Notes: generated by a model from the sequence alone, not told the origin. Positions 9,421 through 19,904 are shown, counted from the first letter of the stretch. The stretch is DNA of 64,000 nt from an uncultured virus (IMG/VR IMGVR_UViG_2548877019_000001) (IMGVR_UViG_2548877019_000001:1-64000), one strand, 5' to 3'. A program made the numbers and translations.

Positions 9421-10956
9421 TTATACAGCTTTAAATTGCGTATAAATACCGATGAATTGGTTCGACAACTCTGCACTAGAACTGTTTTCGATGCACACAT
9501 CTCCACTAGGAGTGACTACGCCTCGGAAATACTGTGGAATCCCATCTGGAGACACTGACGAAACTCCGATAAACAAGTACGGGAAAGGAGGCCTATATCC
9601 AACTGGAAGAGTGAAAGCTGGTATAGCGTTACCAATTGTACCTGAGGATATGGCGCCTCGAAGGTAGACTGTACCAACGAAATCTTTTCCGTACTGAATC
9701 GGATAATTCCAACTTTGATCTGGGTACTGCACCCAGCCATTTTTAAGAATTGGAGTTGCCCATGTAATCGAATCTAGATTATCCAGGGAATTCGAAGCCG
9801 CATTCCATGTCGCTCTTTCTTCTGCGGTTATATGGACAACAGTATTACTTATGTGGGACTGAAGTTCCGCCTTGGTTGCGATTCCATTCATATTTATTGC
9901 AGAGTCTTTTATTTTTCCAGTTGAAGTATCAATAACTTTGTCGACCGCTTTTTTTGTTGTATTAAAACTTGCGATTATGTCAGAAGCCTTTTTCGCTATC
10001 GACCCGAAAGTAAATGTAGGCGATTTGGATTCGTCAGAGTAATCCTCCCTACTCACCGCTCGTAGCTGAACGTTCAAATCAAAAGGCTCAATAACACACC
10101 ATACATAATCACCTTTTTTAATATCAGACAGCCCCATGCTTTTAAGTTCAATTGCAGTAAACGTGAGGGATATATCCATGCTATCGTTTAGCTGCTTTTT
10201 CATGGCCGCTAGAAGACTTTCTTTATCTGTGTATCGTTCGTCTTTAACCGGATCCGCATGTTTGATGCCGTAGAATTCCGCTAACGGGCTCGTATATTCA
10301 GCGAACAAATAATTGCCCTTTTCGTCCTTCTTCCCATATCCTCGAATATATGTCGAAAAACTACTGGTATCGATCTCTTTTTGCGGATCTTTTACGTTGA
10401 ACTTATATCGCAAGAATGAATCATCTCTTTGAATGCCGAATTTTTTAGCAACGTAGATTTTCTTGCCTCTATAGTCGAACTCCGCTCCGAACTTTTCGAG
10501 AATATCACGAAAAAGAGCAAGCGAATTGTTCCAACCGAAATTTTCTACCCTGACAGATATCGGCAAGTCTGTCGTATCTATTTCGAAAGTGTACCCACTT
10601 CCCGCTAATGCAAAAGAGAGCATCGCATCCAATCGAAGCGTGCCCGTCTTTTCTTCGTATATATAGTTATTCATTAAGTCGTCGAAGATACGATGGATGG
10701 CCGTTACTTCAACTCCGACGCCTTTCCGGTACGTTCGTTCTCGGTGGGTTTTGATGATATATTCTTCGTTATCAAAAATAAGTGTATTTTCATTTTTGAC
10801 AAGGTTATAGCCAGACTGATTATTCTTAGTCTTGACCCCCGTAACTTTTAACGACCGCGCACCGTCACTACCGTCAGTTCGCGTTGTCACAAAGCCTGGC
10901 AACGGCTCCATTACACCTGTTGCATCTTTAACCGCTAATATTTTCAATTGATTCAC
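9421..10956 (-). CDS. Tail-associated (Tal/prophage endopeptidase-type) protein with fibre-like C-terminus
   Basis: Follows Dit; TYIRGYG, YTSPLAEFYGIKHADPVKDERY; C-terminal FTLPVGYRP head. Confidence 0.85.
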   Translation of the reverse strand: MNQLKILAVKDATGVMEPLPGFVTTRTDGSDGARSLKVTGVKTKNNQSGYNLVKNENTLIFDNEEYIIKTHRERTYRKGVGVEVTAIHRIFDDLMNNYIYEEKTGTLRLDAMLSFALAGSGYTFEIDTTDLPISVRVENFGWNNSLALFRDILEKFGAEFDYRGKKIYVAKKFGIQRDDSFLRYKFNVKDPQKEIDTSSFSTYIRGYGKKDEKGNYLFAEYTSPLAEFYGIKHADPVKDERYTDKESLLAAMKKQLNDSMDISLTFTAIELKSMGLSDIKKGDYVWCVIEPFDLNVQLRAVSREDYSDESKSPTFTFGSIAKKASDIIASFNTTKKAVDKVIDTSTGKIKDSAINMNGIATKAELQSHISNTVVHITAEERATWNAASNSLDNLDSITWATPILKNGWVQYPDQSWNYPIQYGKDFVGTVYLRGAISSGTIGNAIPAFTLPVGYRPPFPYLFIGVSSVSPDGIPQYFRGVVTPSGDVCIENSSSAELSNQFIGIYTQFKAV

Positions 10957-11778
10957 CTACTTATAGAAAAAGAAGAAATCAAACGAGATTTCGAAACTTC
11001 CAGATGTACCAGAAAGTTCGATGTCATTCCACCCAGGTTTCAACGAAATGTATCCTCGATTAGTATTTCCGTAAACGCTAATACCGTTTTTCAGATGACG
11101 CAACCCCTCGAGTTTTATCTTGTCGGTTGATTTCGTTGTTCCGTTGTATGAAACAGTTTGATCCGTTGTTATATTCTTGATCGCAAAATTTGTGGATGAT
11201 CCGGAATATACGATATTCAGAGGCATCTCGTTACAAGGATCGACTGTTACGTTACCAGCGTTATAGATTCTGAATTTTTTAGTGCGATGGATATAGACAA
11301 GTTCATCCGCGGGTATAAGTCCCTGACCTATCTGCCAAATATTTTCACCAAATGTGAAAGGATCAAGTGTCGAACCGACTGAACTCGCAAACGGTAACGG
11401 AGACGTAAATTCAATTTCAAATGTACCGGTCCTTGGGTTTACGTCTTCTGGCTCGAAGGTGCTGCTCGGTTTTACCGTCCACACTTTTCCTGGCTGTCTC
11501 GAATCGATTAGTTCTATAGGTTCTTCGCACGCAAATAAAGCGTAAACCTCATCGATCACCAATTGGTAATCGAGATGGTCTACGCCCTGAATCTTAAACT
11601 TCGCTTTGAGCTTTCGCTCACCGAACGTTGTTCCGGTATCAATCGTGCCGTGACGACCGTCTACTTCCTCGTAGTTAGTCCGGTGTGTTAATGATTCTTT
11701 ACGAAAGCTCAAAAGCTTTAAGCCGTACTTACGGTGATCGATAGTCTCACCGTTCTTTATAATCGTCAGGTACGCCAA
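10957..11778 (-). CDS. Distal tail protein (Dit)
   Basis: Follows TMP; YEEVDGRHG, IYNAGN, ISLKPGWNDI motifs. Confidence 0.9.
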   Translation of the reverse strand: MAYLTIIKNGETIDHRKYGLKLLSFRKESLTHRTNYEEVDGRHGTIDTGTTFGERKLKAKFKIQGVDHLDYQLVIDEVYALFACEEPIELIDSRQPGKVWTVKPSSTFEPEDVNPRTGTFEIEFTSPLPFASSVGSTLDPFTFGENIWQIGQGLIPADELVYIHRTKKFRIYNAGNVTVDPCNEMPLNIVYSGSSTNFAIKNITTDQTVSYNGTTKSTDKIKLEGLRHLKNGISVYGNTNRGYISLKPGWNDIELSGTSGSFEISFDFFFFYK

Positions 11779-14700
11779 TTATCGATCACCCCACAACAAT
11801 TTATTGAATCCGATGTTCTGTGCTTGGCCTTTTTCTACACTGTCTGTAAGCGCCGTCGAGTCGACAATAACATTCGGATCCTTACGTAGAATACCTGTTA
11901 GCAACGTGTTGGTTTGGCGCAGTAATGCATTTTGTCCCCGTAGCAAAGCAATTTCCTCCTCGTTACTTCCACCAGACGGATCCATACCGATTTCTCTTCC
12001 TGCCGCCGTCCATAATTGCTGCGCCCGCTGCCTATGGTTTTGCAACGGAATAATCGCTTCTGGACCTTCTTCCGCAATCCAGGCGAGCTGCTTTTGCGTC
12101 ACAATATCGCCGATTTTATACCCTTTGTACGGCCCACCTTTCGCCATCGATCTGATGCCTGGAGTATTAAAAGGACTTCCATAGCGAGATTTGATATAAC
12201 GAATCGCCGCAACCGCGTTGTGGACCGGATTCATGATGTCGCCCATGCCCGGAAGCTTATACGCATCAAACGTTGGTTTGATCGTTTGCATAAGACCCAT
12301 TGACGGTGTACCACGTCTCCAGTTCGAGTCCCAACGGTTAATTGTAGACGGACCCGTACGGCCTCCGGACTCTTTCATCGCAATTGTAACGAGTGGGGCG
12401 AACCAAGAAGCTGGCGAATTCGTTTTAGCCATCGCCGCCCGAATCCATTGCTTAACGTTTCCGGACGCTTTATCGCCACTTCCGAAAGCTCCACCAAAGT
12501 CAGCGAGTTTCTTTTTCATAAAGCTGACGGCGGAATCTTTGACTTTACCGAAGGCACCTTTCGCAATTGTCCCGAAAGCTCCGGAAATATCCGGCAACTT
12601 CAGTCCGAGACTTTCTATCGTTTTAGCGATAAGTTTTGACGGATTGCTTACGTATTCCCACGCATCAAAAGCGAAATCCTTAACACTGTTTACGGCAGCT
12701 TTACCCGCATCAACAGCGGATTTTCCAACATCGATAGCAGAATCGAAGAAACTTTTGTTCTTCGTACCTTTCCTGAATGCGGGGATTCCAGAAGATAGTA
12801 CCTCGCGTGTTTCTTTATGCGGCAAGACTTGCGTCCCCTTTGGCAGATTAAAGAGCGTGTCGGTTCCAGGGCTTAAACCTGTGAAACCGGAAGGTGTACG
12901 GAATAACTCCGGACCGCCTCCATCTCCTAAGATAGCAAGACCGCCTTTGTGCCCACCTGCTGGCGTACCTTTAGCGAACCTCGGAATTTCGAGTTTAGGG
13001 ATCCGGAGTTTTTTATCCACCCCGAATGTATCGAGTAGCTTGTTAATCCCTTTTTGCGTCAAGCCATTGATAATTCCTTCAAGTCCGCCGATCATCGTAT
13101 TTCCTAGAGATTTAACTCCGGATAGGGCTCTGCCGGCCATATTTTTTATTCCGTCACCAATTTCACCTGGTAGCGCCTTTGCTCCCTCGATCATGTTGTG
13201 GAACGTGTCGGTCGCAAATTTCCCGATTGATTTGAACAAACCTACTGTTCTGTCCTTCAAGAAATTCCAGGCGCTAACTGCCCCATTGACCAATCCAGAA
13301 AAGAGTGTGAGGACTACATTTACAGCTCCTCGGATTACTGCGGTGATTATGTTCCAAATACTTTTCAGAATCCCAAGTATCGCATTCCAGACCGCACTCC
13401 AATTGCCTTTTAGTAGCGCAGTGAAAAACTTAACTACGTTGATCACGATATTGAGTGCGTTTTGGATTACACTAACAACTACAGGGAACACGACTTGCAC
13501 AATTTTCAGCACGAATTGGATCGCTGGGATAAGAACAGTACGAATTATAGTTGCCACTAACTGTAAAACCGTTACTGCTACCTGCATGGCAATCTGAATG
13601 ATGCTTGTTACAACAGGGAAAACAGCCTGAACAACTTGCAGAATGAGTGGCAGCAAGGTTACAGCCAACTGACTCAAGATTTGAGCAACTGATGTTAACA
13701 GATTAGCGACGATAGGCACTACAGACTGAATTATCGCCAGTACTGGCGGGAAAATTGACTGAAACGCCTGTAGCAAAATTGGTAACAAGGTAGTCGCAAT
13801 AGTGGTTACTACTGGAACAAGGGACTGAATCAACTGTAGCACTATCGGAAGTACAGACGATACGATTTGTAAAATCAGCGGAAGCAAAGATGTAAATGCT
13901 TGAGCTAACATTGGCAATAGTACCGATGCGACTTGCATAATAAGTTGTGCGAATTGGACTTGGAAAGATGCCCATGTCTGAATCAACTGTCCAACCAAAG
14001 TTACAACTTGCGGTAGAAACGCCGCGAAAGTCACGCCTAATTCCTGGATTACCGGCGCTATCTGAACCGCAATTTCAGAGAATGATTGACCTAACGTTGT
14101 CCACAATTCCCCAAAAGCATTTCCGAGCTCAGTAAACGTTGGTCCTAACGAACTAATGCTGGACATTATGACTTCGCCCGTTTTCGCGAATTCAGGTGCA
14201 AGCTCTGCTGCAATATCCGAAAAATACCCGATAAATTGATTTATGATTGGCTGAATCGCAACTACAACGTTACCGATCACCGACATAAACTGTGACCAGG
14301 CGTTCTGTACAGACGCTCTAAACTCTTCGTTTGTTTGATATAGTCGGAATAAAAAACCGGCTAGACTAACAAGAGAGGTGATGACAAAACCAATAGATCC
14401 GGAAACTCCGGCCATCGCCAGCCCTAACGCAGTCACGGTTGGCGCTAAAATCGATATGATTCCGCCCACGCTCGAAAACGCAGCCCTTAAATTCTGAATG
14501 AATAAATCTACTGCGGAGCCGGCTCTATCCGCTAGTCCGGAACCGAATCTATCTGCGATCGACGATCCGATGTTTGAAACGAATTCACCTATCGAATTAA
14601 CCACGTTAGCAAATCGCTGTCGTACTGCCGGAACAATAACGGAGACGCCGTCAGCAAATCTCTCCCATCCGGCTACCGAAGCTTTTTGTATAAAATTAAA

Positions 14701-17079
14701 TGTGTCGCCTACCACTGCCGCAATACTGCTGAATGCCGTAACCGTCACATTTCTAACTGACTCAAAGGCCCCGTTCACAAAATTACGGAATTTCTCAGAC
14801 TTTTTGTACGCGATTACAAGTGCTGCTCCTACCGCGGTTATGCCAAGAACCGTAAGGCCGATCGGACTCGTAAGTGCTCCGAATGCAACACCTAAAACCT
14901 TTATAAACTTTTCACTTTTTATCAAACCTTTTAAAAGACCGCTTACAGTCCCGAGTCCAGATATCATTTGGCCGACACCTAGCATTAAAAAACCTAACGC
15001 TGCAACAATGCCCATAATTACAGTTGTAACCGCTAAAGAAATAGCTACGAACGATTGCATTCCTTTAGATAGACCGTTAAACCAGTCCGTCGCGCTCTGA
15101 AGCACAGAAACGAGTGCAGAGATAGCTGGGGTTAGCGCATTACCAAATGAAATTTGTGCAGTTTCTACGGCACCGGAAAGCTCTTCGATTTTACCCTTAA
15201 GGTTATTCATTTTTTCAGCAGCAACATTATCGGCCTTAATTTTATCCATTGCAGCCGCCATTTTATCGAAACCTTTACTTCCTTCCTTACCAAGAATCAA
15301 CGCGCCTCGAATAGCGTCACTACCGAAAATATTGTAAAGGGCTTCTTGTTTATCTTTTGCGGACAAACCGTCAAGCGCCTTAGAAAGCTCCCCAGATATT
15401 TCTGTCATACTCCGAATATTTCCGTTAGCATCAAAAAATTTATTGTCCATGATTCCAAGACTCCGAGTGGCTTTGTCAAAGGCCTTCTCGAACTTTTCGG
15501 TCCCTTGCTTCGCTCCTGTCGTCTTTTCAACATACTTGTTAAGTGCCTCGTATATATCGCCGATATTTTTACTCGCTGGTTTGAAGCCTTTATCAGCCAT
15601 ACGTTTAAAAGCTTCGGAAGTATCAAGGGTGACTAGACCAAGATCGTGCATTGTCTCGTACTGAGCTTTTGTCATAGGTACTAAACGACTTAACATCGTT
15701 TTCATCGAAGTACCTGCATCTGATCCTTTAAGTCCATTCTGTGCGAAGAGGGCTAGTGTAGTAGCCGTGTCTTTAAAAGACAGTCCCATACCGGCTGCTA
15801 CTGCGGATGTCATTTGAAGACCATACCGCATCTCTCCAACCGTTGTTGCAGAAGAGTTTGCGGCCCCTGCGAGAATATCTGCTGCCTGTGCAACGCTAAT
15901 ATTATCGTCTTTAAACGCATTCAGTGCAGTCGACGCAATTTCCGCCGCATCCGCAAGCTCTAATTCTCCCGCTGTCGCAAGCGATAGCGCGCCCTTAAGT
16001 GCGCCATTCAGTATGTCCTTCGTAGATACACCGGCCTTTACGAGTTCTTCCATACCTTGCGCAGCTTCAAGCGCACTGTATTTCGTATCAGCACCGAGTT
16101 TAATGGCTAATTCCGTAAGGGCAGCGCTGTATTGGTTGGCTTCTGCCGGATTCATGACCGCCTTCACGCTCGACATCTGCTGCTCGAAGTCCATCGCTTT
16201 TTTCGTTGAAACCGCAAGACCTCCGCCTAAAGCCGCTGTCGCTACGCCGAATGACATCGCGATTTCAGATCCCGCAGATTGCATTCGACCCCCAACGTCC
16301 CGCATCCGGTCCCCGACTTCACCCATCCGGTTGCCGAGCTCGTTCCAACGGCCCGTGTTCGATTGGATCTGTCGGTTCGTTGCGGCCAGTTCGGCTTGAG
16401 TTGTTCGAAGTTGTGCCGTCGCTTGATTCATTTGAACGCGTAATTCTTGAGTCGCCTGAGCATCTTCGCCTTTTGCGCGTTTAGCTTCGAGATACAGTCG
16501 GCGGATGTTTTTAAGTCGCTGCTCTTGTAACGAGATCGATTGCGTAAGATGTTCCGATTTTTGTCGTAGTTGCTCGGTAGTAGAACCGAAATCCCTTACG
16601 CCGGCTGATGCGGCCTCAAATGACGAATCCAATACGCGCAACTTCGTATCGATCGTCTTAATGCTTGCGCTAATTTTAGCGCCTAATTGACTGAAGCCGT
16701 TGCTCTGCTCTCTCATTTTACGGTTAAGAAGGTCTAACTGATCCTCAGTTTTCCGAACCGCTGCAACAGTTCGATTATACTGGGCGAGGAGCTTTTCGGA
16801 TTGTGCCGAATACCTTCCCGTCGTCCTTACGCTCTCTTCATATTGCCGCTTCAACTCGTTAAGTTTTGCCTTTTGCGTTTGTAAAGTCCGATTTAATATG
16901 TCGGTCTTATTACGCAATGAATCCAGGCTGTTATCGAATCGGCCAGCGCCAGCCATTGCTGCTTTGAATTCCGAGTTTAGTACCTTTAATTTTCTGTTAA
17001 CGTCCTGGAGGCCGCGAGAGAAGTCAATGTTGTCTAGACCTAAACTAACGCGTATAGATCCGACTGATTCAGTCGCCAA
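11779..17079 (-). CDS. Tape measure protein with C-terminal lytic transglycosylase (SLT) domain
   Basis: 1766 aa; TP901-type core, hydrophobic repeats, IAMKESGG...GLMQTI...AAIRYIKSRYG. Confidence 0.95.
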   Translation of the reverse strand: MATESVGSIRVSLGLDNIDFSRGLQDVNRKLKVLNSEFKAAMAGAGRFDNSLDSLRNKTDILNRTLQTQKAKLNELKRQYEESVRTTGRYSAQSEKLLAQYNRTVAAVRKTEDQLDLLNRKMREQSNGFSQLGAKISASIKTIDTKLRVLDSSFEAASAGVRDFGSTTEQLRQKSEHLTQSISLQEQRLKNIRRLYLEAKRAKGEDAQATQELRVQMNQATAQLRTTQAELAATNRQIQSNTGRWNELGNRMGEVGDRMRDVGGRMQSAGSEIAMSFGVATAALGGGLAVSTKKAMDFEQQMSSVKAVMNPAEANQYSAALTELAIKLGADTKYSALEAAQGMEELVKAGVSTKDILNGALKGALSLATAGELELADAAEIASTALNAFKDDNISVAQAADILAGAANSSATTVGEMRYGLQMTSAVAAGMGLSFKDTATTLALFAQNGLKGSDAGTSMKTMLSRLVPMTKAQYETMHDLGLVTLDTSEAFKRMADKGFKPASKNIGDIYEALNKYVEKTTGAKQGTEKFEKAFDKATRSLGIMDNKFFDANGNIRSMTEISGELSKALDGLSAKDKQEALYNIFGSDAIRGALILGKEGSKGFDKMAAAMDKIKADNVAAEKMNNLKGKIEELSGAVETAQISFGNALTPAISALVSVLQSATDWFNGLSKGMQSFVAISLAVTTVIMGIVAALGFLMLGVGQMISGLGTVSGLLKGLIKSEKFIKVLGVAFGALTSPIGLTVLGITAVGAALVIAYKKSEKFRNFVNGAFESVRNVTVTAFSSIAAVVGDTFNFIQKASVAGWERFADGVSVIVPAVRQRFANVVNSIGEFVSNIGSSIADRFGSGLADRAGSAVDLFIQNLRAAFSSVGGIISILAPTVTALGLAMAGVSGSIGFVITSLVSLAGFLFRLYQTNEEFRASVQNAWSQFMSVIGNVVVAIQPIINQFIGYFSDIAAELAPEFAKTGEVIMSSISSLGPTFTELGNAFGELWTTLGQSFSEIAVQIAPVIQELGVTFAAFLPQVVTLVGQLIQTWASFQVQFAQLIMQVASVLLPMLAQAFTSLLPLILQIVSSVLPIVLQLIQSLVPVVTTIATTLLPILLQAFQSIFPPVLAIIQSVVPIVANLLTSVAQILSQLAVTLLPLILQVVQAVFPVVTSIIQIAMQVAVTVLQLVATIIRTVLIPAIQFVLKIVQVVFPVVVSVIQNALNIVINVVKFFTALLKGNWSAVWNAILGILKSIWNIITAVIRGAVNVVLTLFSGLVNGAVSAWNFLKDRTVGLFKSIGKFATDTFHNMIEGAKALPGEIGDGIKNMAGRALSGVKSLGNTMIGGLEGIINGLTQKGINKLLDTFGVDKKLRIPKLEIPRFAKGTPAGGHKGGLAILGDGGGPELFRTPSGFTGLSPGTDTLFNLPKGTQVLPHKETREVLSSGIPAFRKGTKNKSFFDSAIDVGKSAVDAGKAAVNSVKDFAFDAWEYVSNPSKLIAKTIESLGLKLPDISGAFGTIAKGAFGKVKDSAVSFMKKKLADFGGAFGSGDKASGNVKQWIRAAMAKTNSPASWFAPLVTIAMKESGGRTGPSTINRWDSNWRRGTPSMGLMQTIKPTFDAYKLPGMGDIMNPVHNAVAAIRYIKSRYGSPFNTPGIRSMAKGGPYKGYKIGDIVTQKQLAWIAEEGPEAIIPLQNHRQRAQQLWTAAGREIGMDPSGGSNEEEIALLRGQNALLRQTNTLLTGILRKDPNVIVDSTALTDSVEKGQAQNIGFNKLLWGDR

Positions 17080-17097
17080 ATCTCCGATACCTCCCTT

Positions 17098-17666
17098 CTA
17101 AAAACCCGGTATCTGATCGATATAGCCGAGTTTTTGTTGTGTTTTTCCGCTTCCGTGAGAGCTACCACCATCACTAAAATTCATTAGTTCGCAAAACCAC
17201 CCGATGTCCATTTCGTCTAGGTAATAGATATCCGAGGGTTTTTCGGAGTTGTCGAGATAGAGCTTTTTGAGATCCCTATCAAGTTGATCTAAAACATCAA
17301 GGGGTAAAATATACCCCGGTGTTAGTTTTTTACCTCACCGATTGCCTGCGCTTCAGTTTCTTTGTTCTCGCCAACTTGTTCATTTGGAACAGCTACAGTT
17401 CCAACGACTTGTTGGATTGTTTCCGTAATTGTAGGAATTAGTTTTTCAGAAGAAATCCCATCATAAAATTGATCGATATCGAATTGTTCGTCATAAACTC
17501 GGACTACGTAACCTACCAATGCGTCCAAATCTTCAACATCCAAATCATCAAAGTTGCTCGACTTCGAAAGTTTAATAGCTTCCCGCAACATACGCCCCTT
17601 TACGAAAGGTGCTTGAAATACCTTCTCTTCACCATCAATCATTAATGTGATTTGCATAACCCACAC
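17098..17666 (-). CDS. Tail assembly chaperone gpG (17322-17666) and -1 frameshift product gpGT (to 17098)
   Basis: A-AAA-AAC slippery site before TAA; GGGGTA/TACCCC hairpin 7 nt downstream; -1 frame open to TAG at 17098 next to the TMP RBS. Confidence 0.85.
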
Positions 17667-17691
17667 TCCTAATTTCTTTATTTTTTTTAAT

Positions 17692-17718
17692 AAAAAGAGA
17701 GCTAAAAACTTAGCTCTC
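17692..17718 (-). terminator. Terminator after major tail gene
   Basis: GAGAGCTAA-gttt-TTAGCTCTC-TTTTT on minus strand. Confidence 0.75.
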
Positions 17719-17979
17719 CGTTTCTATTTTCATCTTCGTTTGTGTCACAATTTCGCTCATAGGAGACTCGCCGGACTCATTAGCAGCCGTTACGTTAATT
17801 GTGAGTTTAGTATCCGGACTCATGCCGGTTGTTACATACTTAGGTTGCGTCACGTTTTCAGCGAATTTCTTGTCTGCGCCTCTGTAAACGTTGTATGAAG
17901 TCGCCCCATCTACGGGATCCCATTCAACTGTAATAGAATCTGTCGTACTGTCGTACCGTAGATTCTGGGGCGCATCAGG
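17710..17979 (-). CDS. FN3-domain extension of the major tail protein (+1 frameshift product)
   Basis: PDAPQNLRYDSTTDSITVEWDPVDGATSYNVY FN3 domain begins exactly in the +1 frame of CCC-TGA. Confidence 0.8.
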   Translation of the reverse strand, partial: PDAPQNLRYDSTTDSITVEWDPVDGATSYNVYRGADKKFAENVTQPKYVTTGMSPDTKLTINVTAANESGESPMSEIVTQTKMKIETES

Positions 17980-18556
17980 GAGTAGAAGTTGTTGGTTCGT
18001 AAACTTTCTTAAACCAGTTTTCAATAACCTCTGCTTTCACGCCCTCATCTCCCGTAAATACGCTACGTTGCCAAACCTTGTCGTGATCGCGACGTACAAA
18101 TACGCCAGAAATTGAGTCTGTTTGGAATTCTGGGCTATCTCCTTTAGTTGCAAAAGACTCCTCTTGCGGCTGGAATCTCCCTTTATATAGCGCGTAAAGT
18201 TTAGATTTCCCTCCAGTAGTAGCTGACTCAAAAAGCAACGCTCCGTACGGTGCGATATCCGTTTCTTTCTTCTCTAGTACACCATCGCTAAGAATAGTGT
18301 GACCGAGCAACAACGCCTGTGCAGTAGTTGATAATTGATCGATACCGATTTCAACTTCCGTTTCTCCCAACGAAGATTCAACTTCTGAAGGGCCGTCATC
18401 AGCATATAGAGTTTCGCTGTTTGTGTTCGGTGTGATACTTGCTTCGATCGCATTTCCGATTTTAACCGGAGTATCGTAAGTAACTCCGTTCTCATCTTCC
18501 GTTAGAATTTTCGCAAAGTGTATATTTTTTAAACCTACGCGTACGCCTTTTGCCAT
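17975..18556 (-). CDS. Major tail protein (phi13 family)
   Basis: VGLKNIHFA, LYADDG, NWFKKVYEP; ATG 18556 after GAGGAG. Confidence 0.9.
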   Translation of the reverse strand: MAKGVRVGLKNIHFAKILTEDENGVTYDTPVKIGNAIEASITPNTNSETLYADDGPSEVESSLGETEVEIGIDQLSTTAQALLLGHTILSDGVLEKKETDIAPYGALLFESATTGGKSKLYALYKGRFQPQEESFATKGDSPEFQTDSISGVFVRRDHDKVWQRSVFTGDEGVKAEVIENWFKKVYEPTTSTP

Positions 18557-18564
18557 AGGTTGCT

Positions 18565-18909
18565 TCACTCCTCTTCCGTATTTAGTGTCGTCCCATAACG
18601 CAAGACTTTGTGAAAAAGCTCAGTTTCGTTTTCATAAAGGTCCTGCTCGTTTGAACGAAAAAAGCCAGCTCGTTTGAGCCGGCTCTTTACCTCTTTTTCT
18701 AATTCTGAATATTTTGTCGGGTCTTTTGTGAAGATACTAATCTGAACATAGTGATTAGCGAAAGTTTCTTCATCCTCCATTGAAAGTGCGTCAGATACGG
18801 TATAAACATAAAAGAGAATGTACGTGTCCTCGTCGCCCGAATACGTAATAAATCGAACAGGTACGCCAATATCCTTTAAAGTCGCCATTACTAGACTCCG
18901 TAGACTCAT
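18565..18909 (-). CDS. Tail terminator/completion protein
   Basis: Position; VQISIF, DLYENETELFHK motifs. Confidence 0.75.
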   Translation of the reverse strand: MSLRSLVMATLKDIGVPVRFITYSGDEDTYILFYVYTVSDALSMEDEETFANHYVQISIFTKDPTKYSELEKEVKSRLKRAGFFRSNEQDLYENETELFHKVLRYGTTLNTEEE

Positions 18910-19328
18910 GGCAATAAATTCCTTCTCAGGTAGTTAACAATCTCTTGTTGCGCATCTTCCTTAGACGCAATAAAAGACGGCTCAACGAATGGTCGAGGAG
19001 CGTGCCCTGGGTGGTTAACTTCCTTACCGTAAACAACTTGGCCGTCTGTTTGTATCTTGGCTTTTCGCAGTTTTATAAGGTGTGGGCTTGTGCCGAATTC
19101 AAGAAAATGCGCTGTGAAAAAGTCTTTTTCAGGACCGATTACTACTTCGTCTGACTTACTTTTTTCGACAGCGATCTTGTATCTTTTACTTGGGTTGTTA
19201 TCTTCCATAGTTTTATAGATAGGCTTTGCTCCGGCATCTAATGCGCCGGATTTTAACGAATTAGCCCGATTGCCCATACGTTGGATGTTTCGCATTACTT
19301 CGTCAAACCCGGAAATCTGAATGCTCAT
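18906..19328 (-). CDS. HK97 gp10-family protein
   Basis: AHFLEFGT...HPGHAPRPFVEPS. Confidence 0.9.
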   Translation of the reverse strand: MSIQISGFDEVMRNIQRMGNRANSLKSGALDAGAKPIYKTMEDNNPSKRYKIAVEKSKSDEVVIGPEKDFFTAHFLEFGTSPHLIKLRKAKIQTDGQVVYGKEVNHPGHAPRPFVEPSFIASKEDAQQEIVNYLRRNLLP

Positions 19329-19660
19329 TTGATTCCGACCTCCTTCGTCACTAACGTAAAGGTGACGTTACGTTCATCGTCATTTATAAAGCTTTCTATT
19401 TCGAACGTCCTTCCCGCGTATGAAATGCGCAAGTCATTTCTAAGAAGCGACTTCATCCGTTTTGAATACCGAATAACAAATCGTGCTGTTCTGTCCGCCT
19501 GTACTGCGCCAGCCTGGTAAAATTCACGCCCCTGGACCGTCTTAACCGCTGACCAGACGGTCGCAACCGGTAACCATTCCTTTATTTCGAATCCCTCACC
19601 GTTTGTCGTTTCGGTAAACCGAAGAAATGTGATTCGCTTGTTAAAATCGCCTGTTTTCAC
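19325..19660 (-). CDS. Head closure/head-tail adaptor
   Basis: FNKRITF, TVWSAV, GREFYQA, RFVIRY. Confidence 0.9.
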   Translation of the reverse strand: MKTGDFNKRITFLRFTETTNGEGFEIKEWLPVATVWSAVKTVQGREFYQAGAVQADRTARFVIRYSKRMKSLLRNDLRISYAGRTFEIESFINDDERNVTFTLVTKEVGIK

Positions 19661-19664
19661 GAGA

Positions 19665-19904
19665 TCACCTCAGTTGCAATACGATTCCAGCTACTTTATT
19701 TCCACTCAATGCCGTTGATCTATTTTCATACGCGTCTGTGACGTATATGAGGACGGCCAATTTATATAATTCAGATTCCTTGTCGGTTACACCGGCGTTT
19801 TCAAGATGCGTCTTCGCTGCGGAAATAAAAAAGGAGATAAGGGAATCCTCCTCATCTCCATCAATACGCAGATATTCTTTTACCTCATCCAGAGATATAT
19901 CCAT
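19665..19904 (-). CDS. Head-tail connector protein
   Basis: SLDEVKEYLRIDGDEEDSLI...YENR. Confidence 0.9.
   Translation of the reverse strand: MDISLDEVKEYLRIDGDEEDSLISFFISAAKTHLENAGVTDKESELYKLAVLIYVTDAYENRSTALSGNKVAGIVLQLR

Noticed and set aside
5870..10956. Diversity-generating retroelement or shufflon acting on tail fibres
   Set aside because: No reverse transcriptase, invertase or TR/VR nucleotide repeat seen in the window
12218..13597. 459-aa plus-strand ORF and other long antisense ORFs over TMP, capsid, nrdE and polA
   Set aside because: Shadow frames of well-supported minus-strand genes; no RBS or recognisable domains
17710..18024. FN3 ORF as an independent gene (likewise 19907-20404)
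   Set aside because: No SD, and starts fall inside the upstream gene or mid-domain; better explained as +1 frameshift extensions
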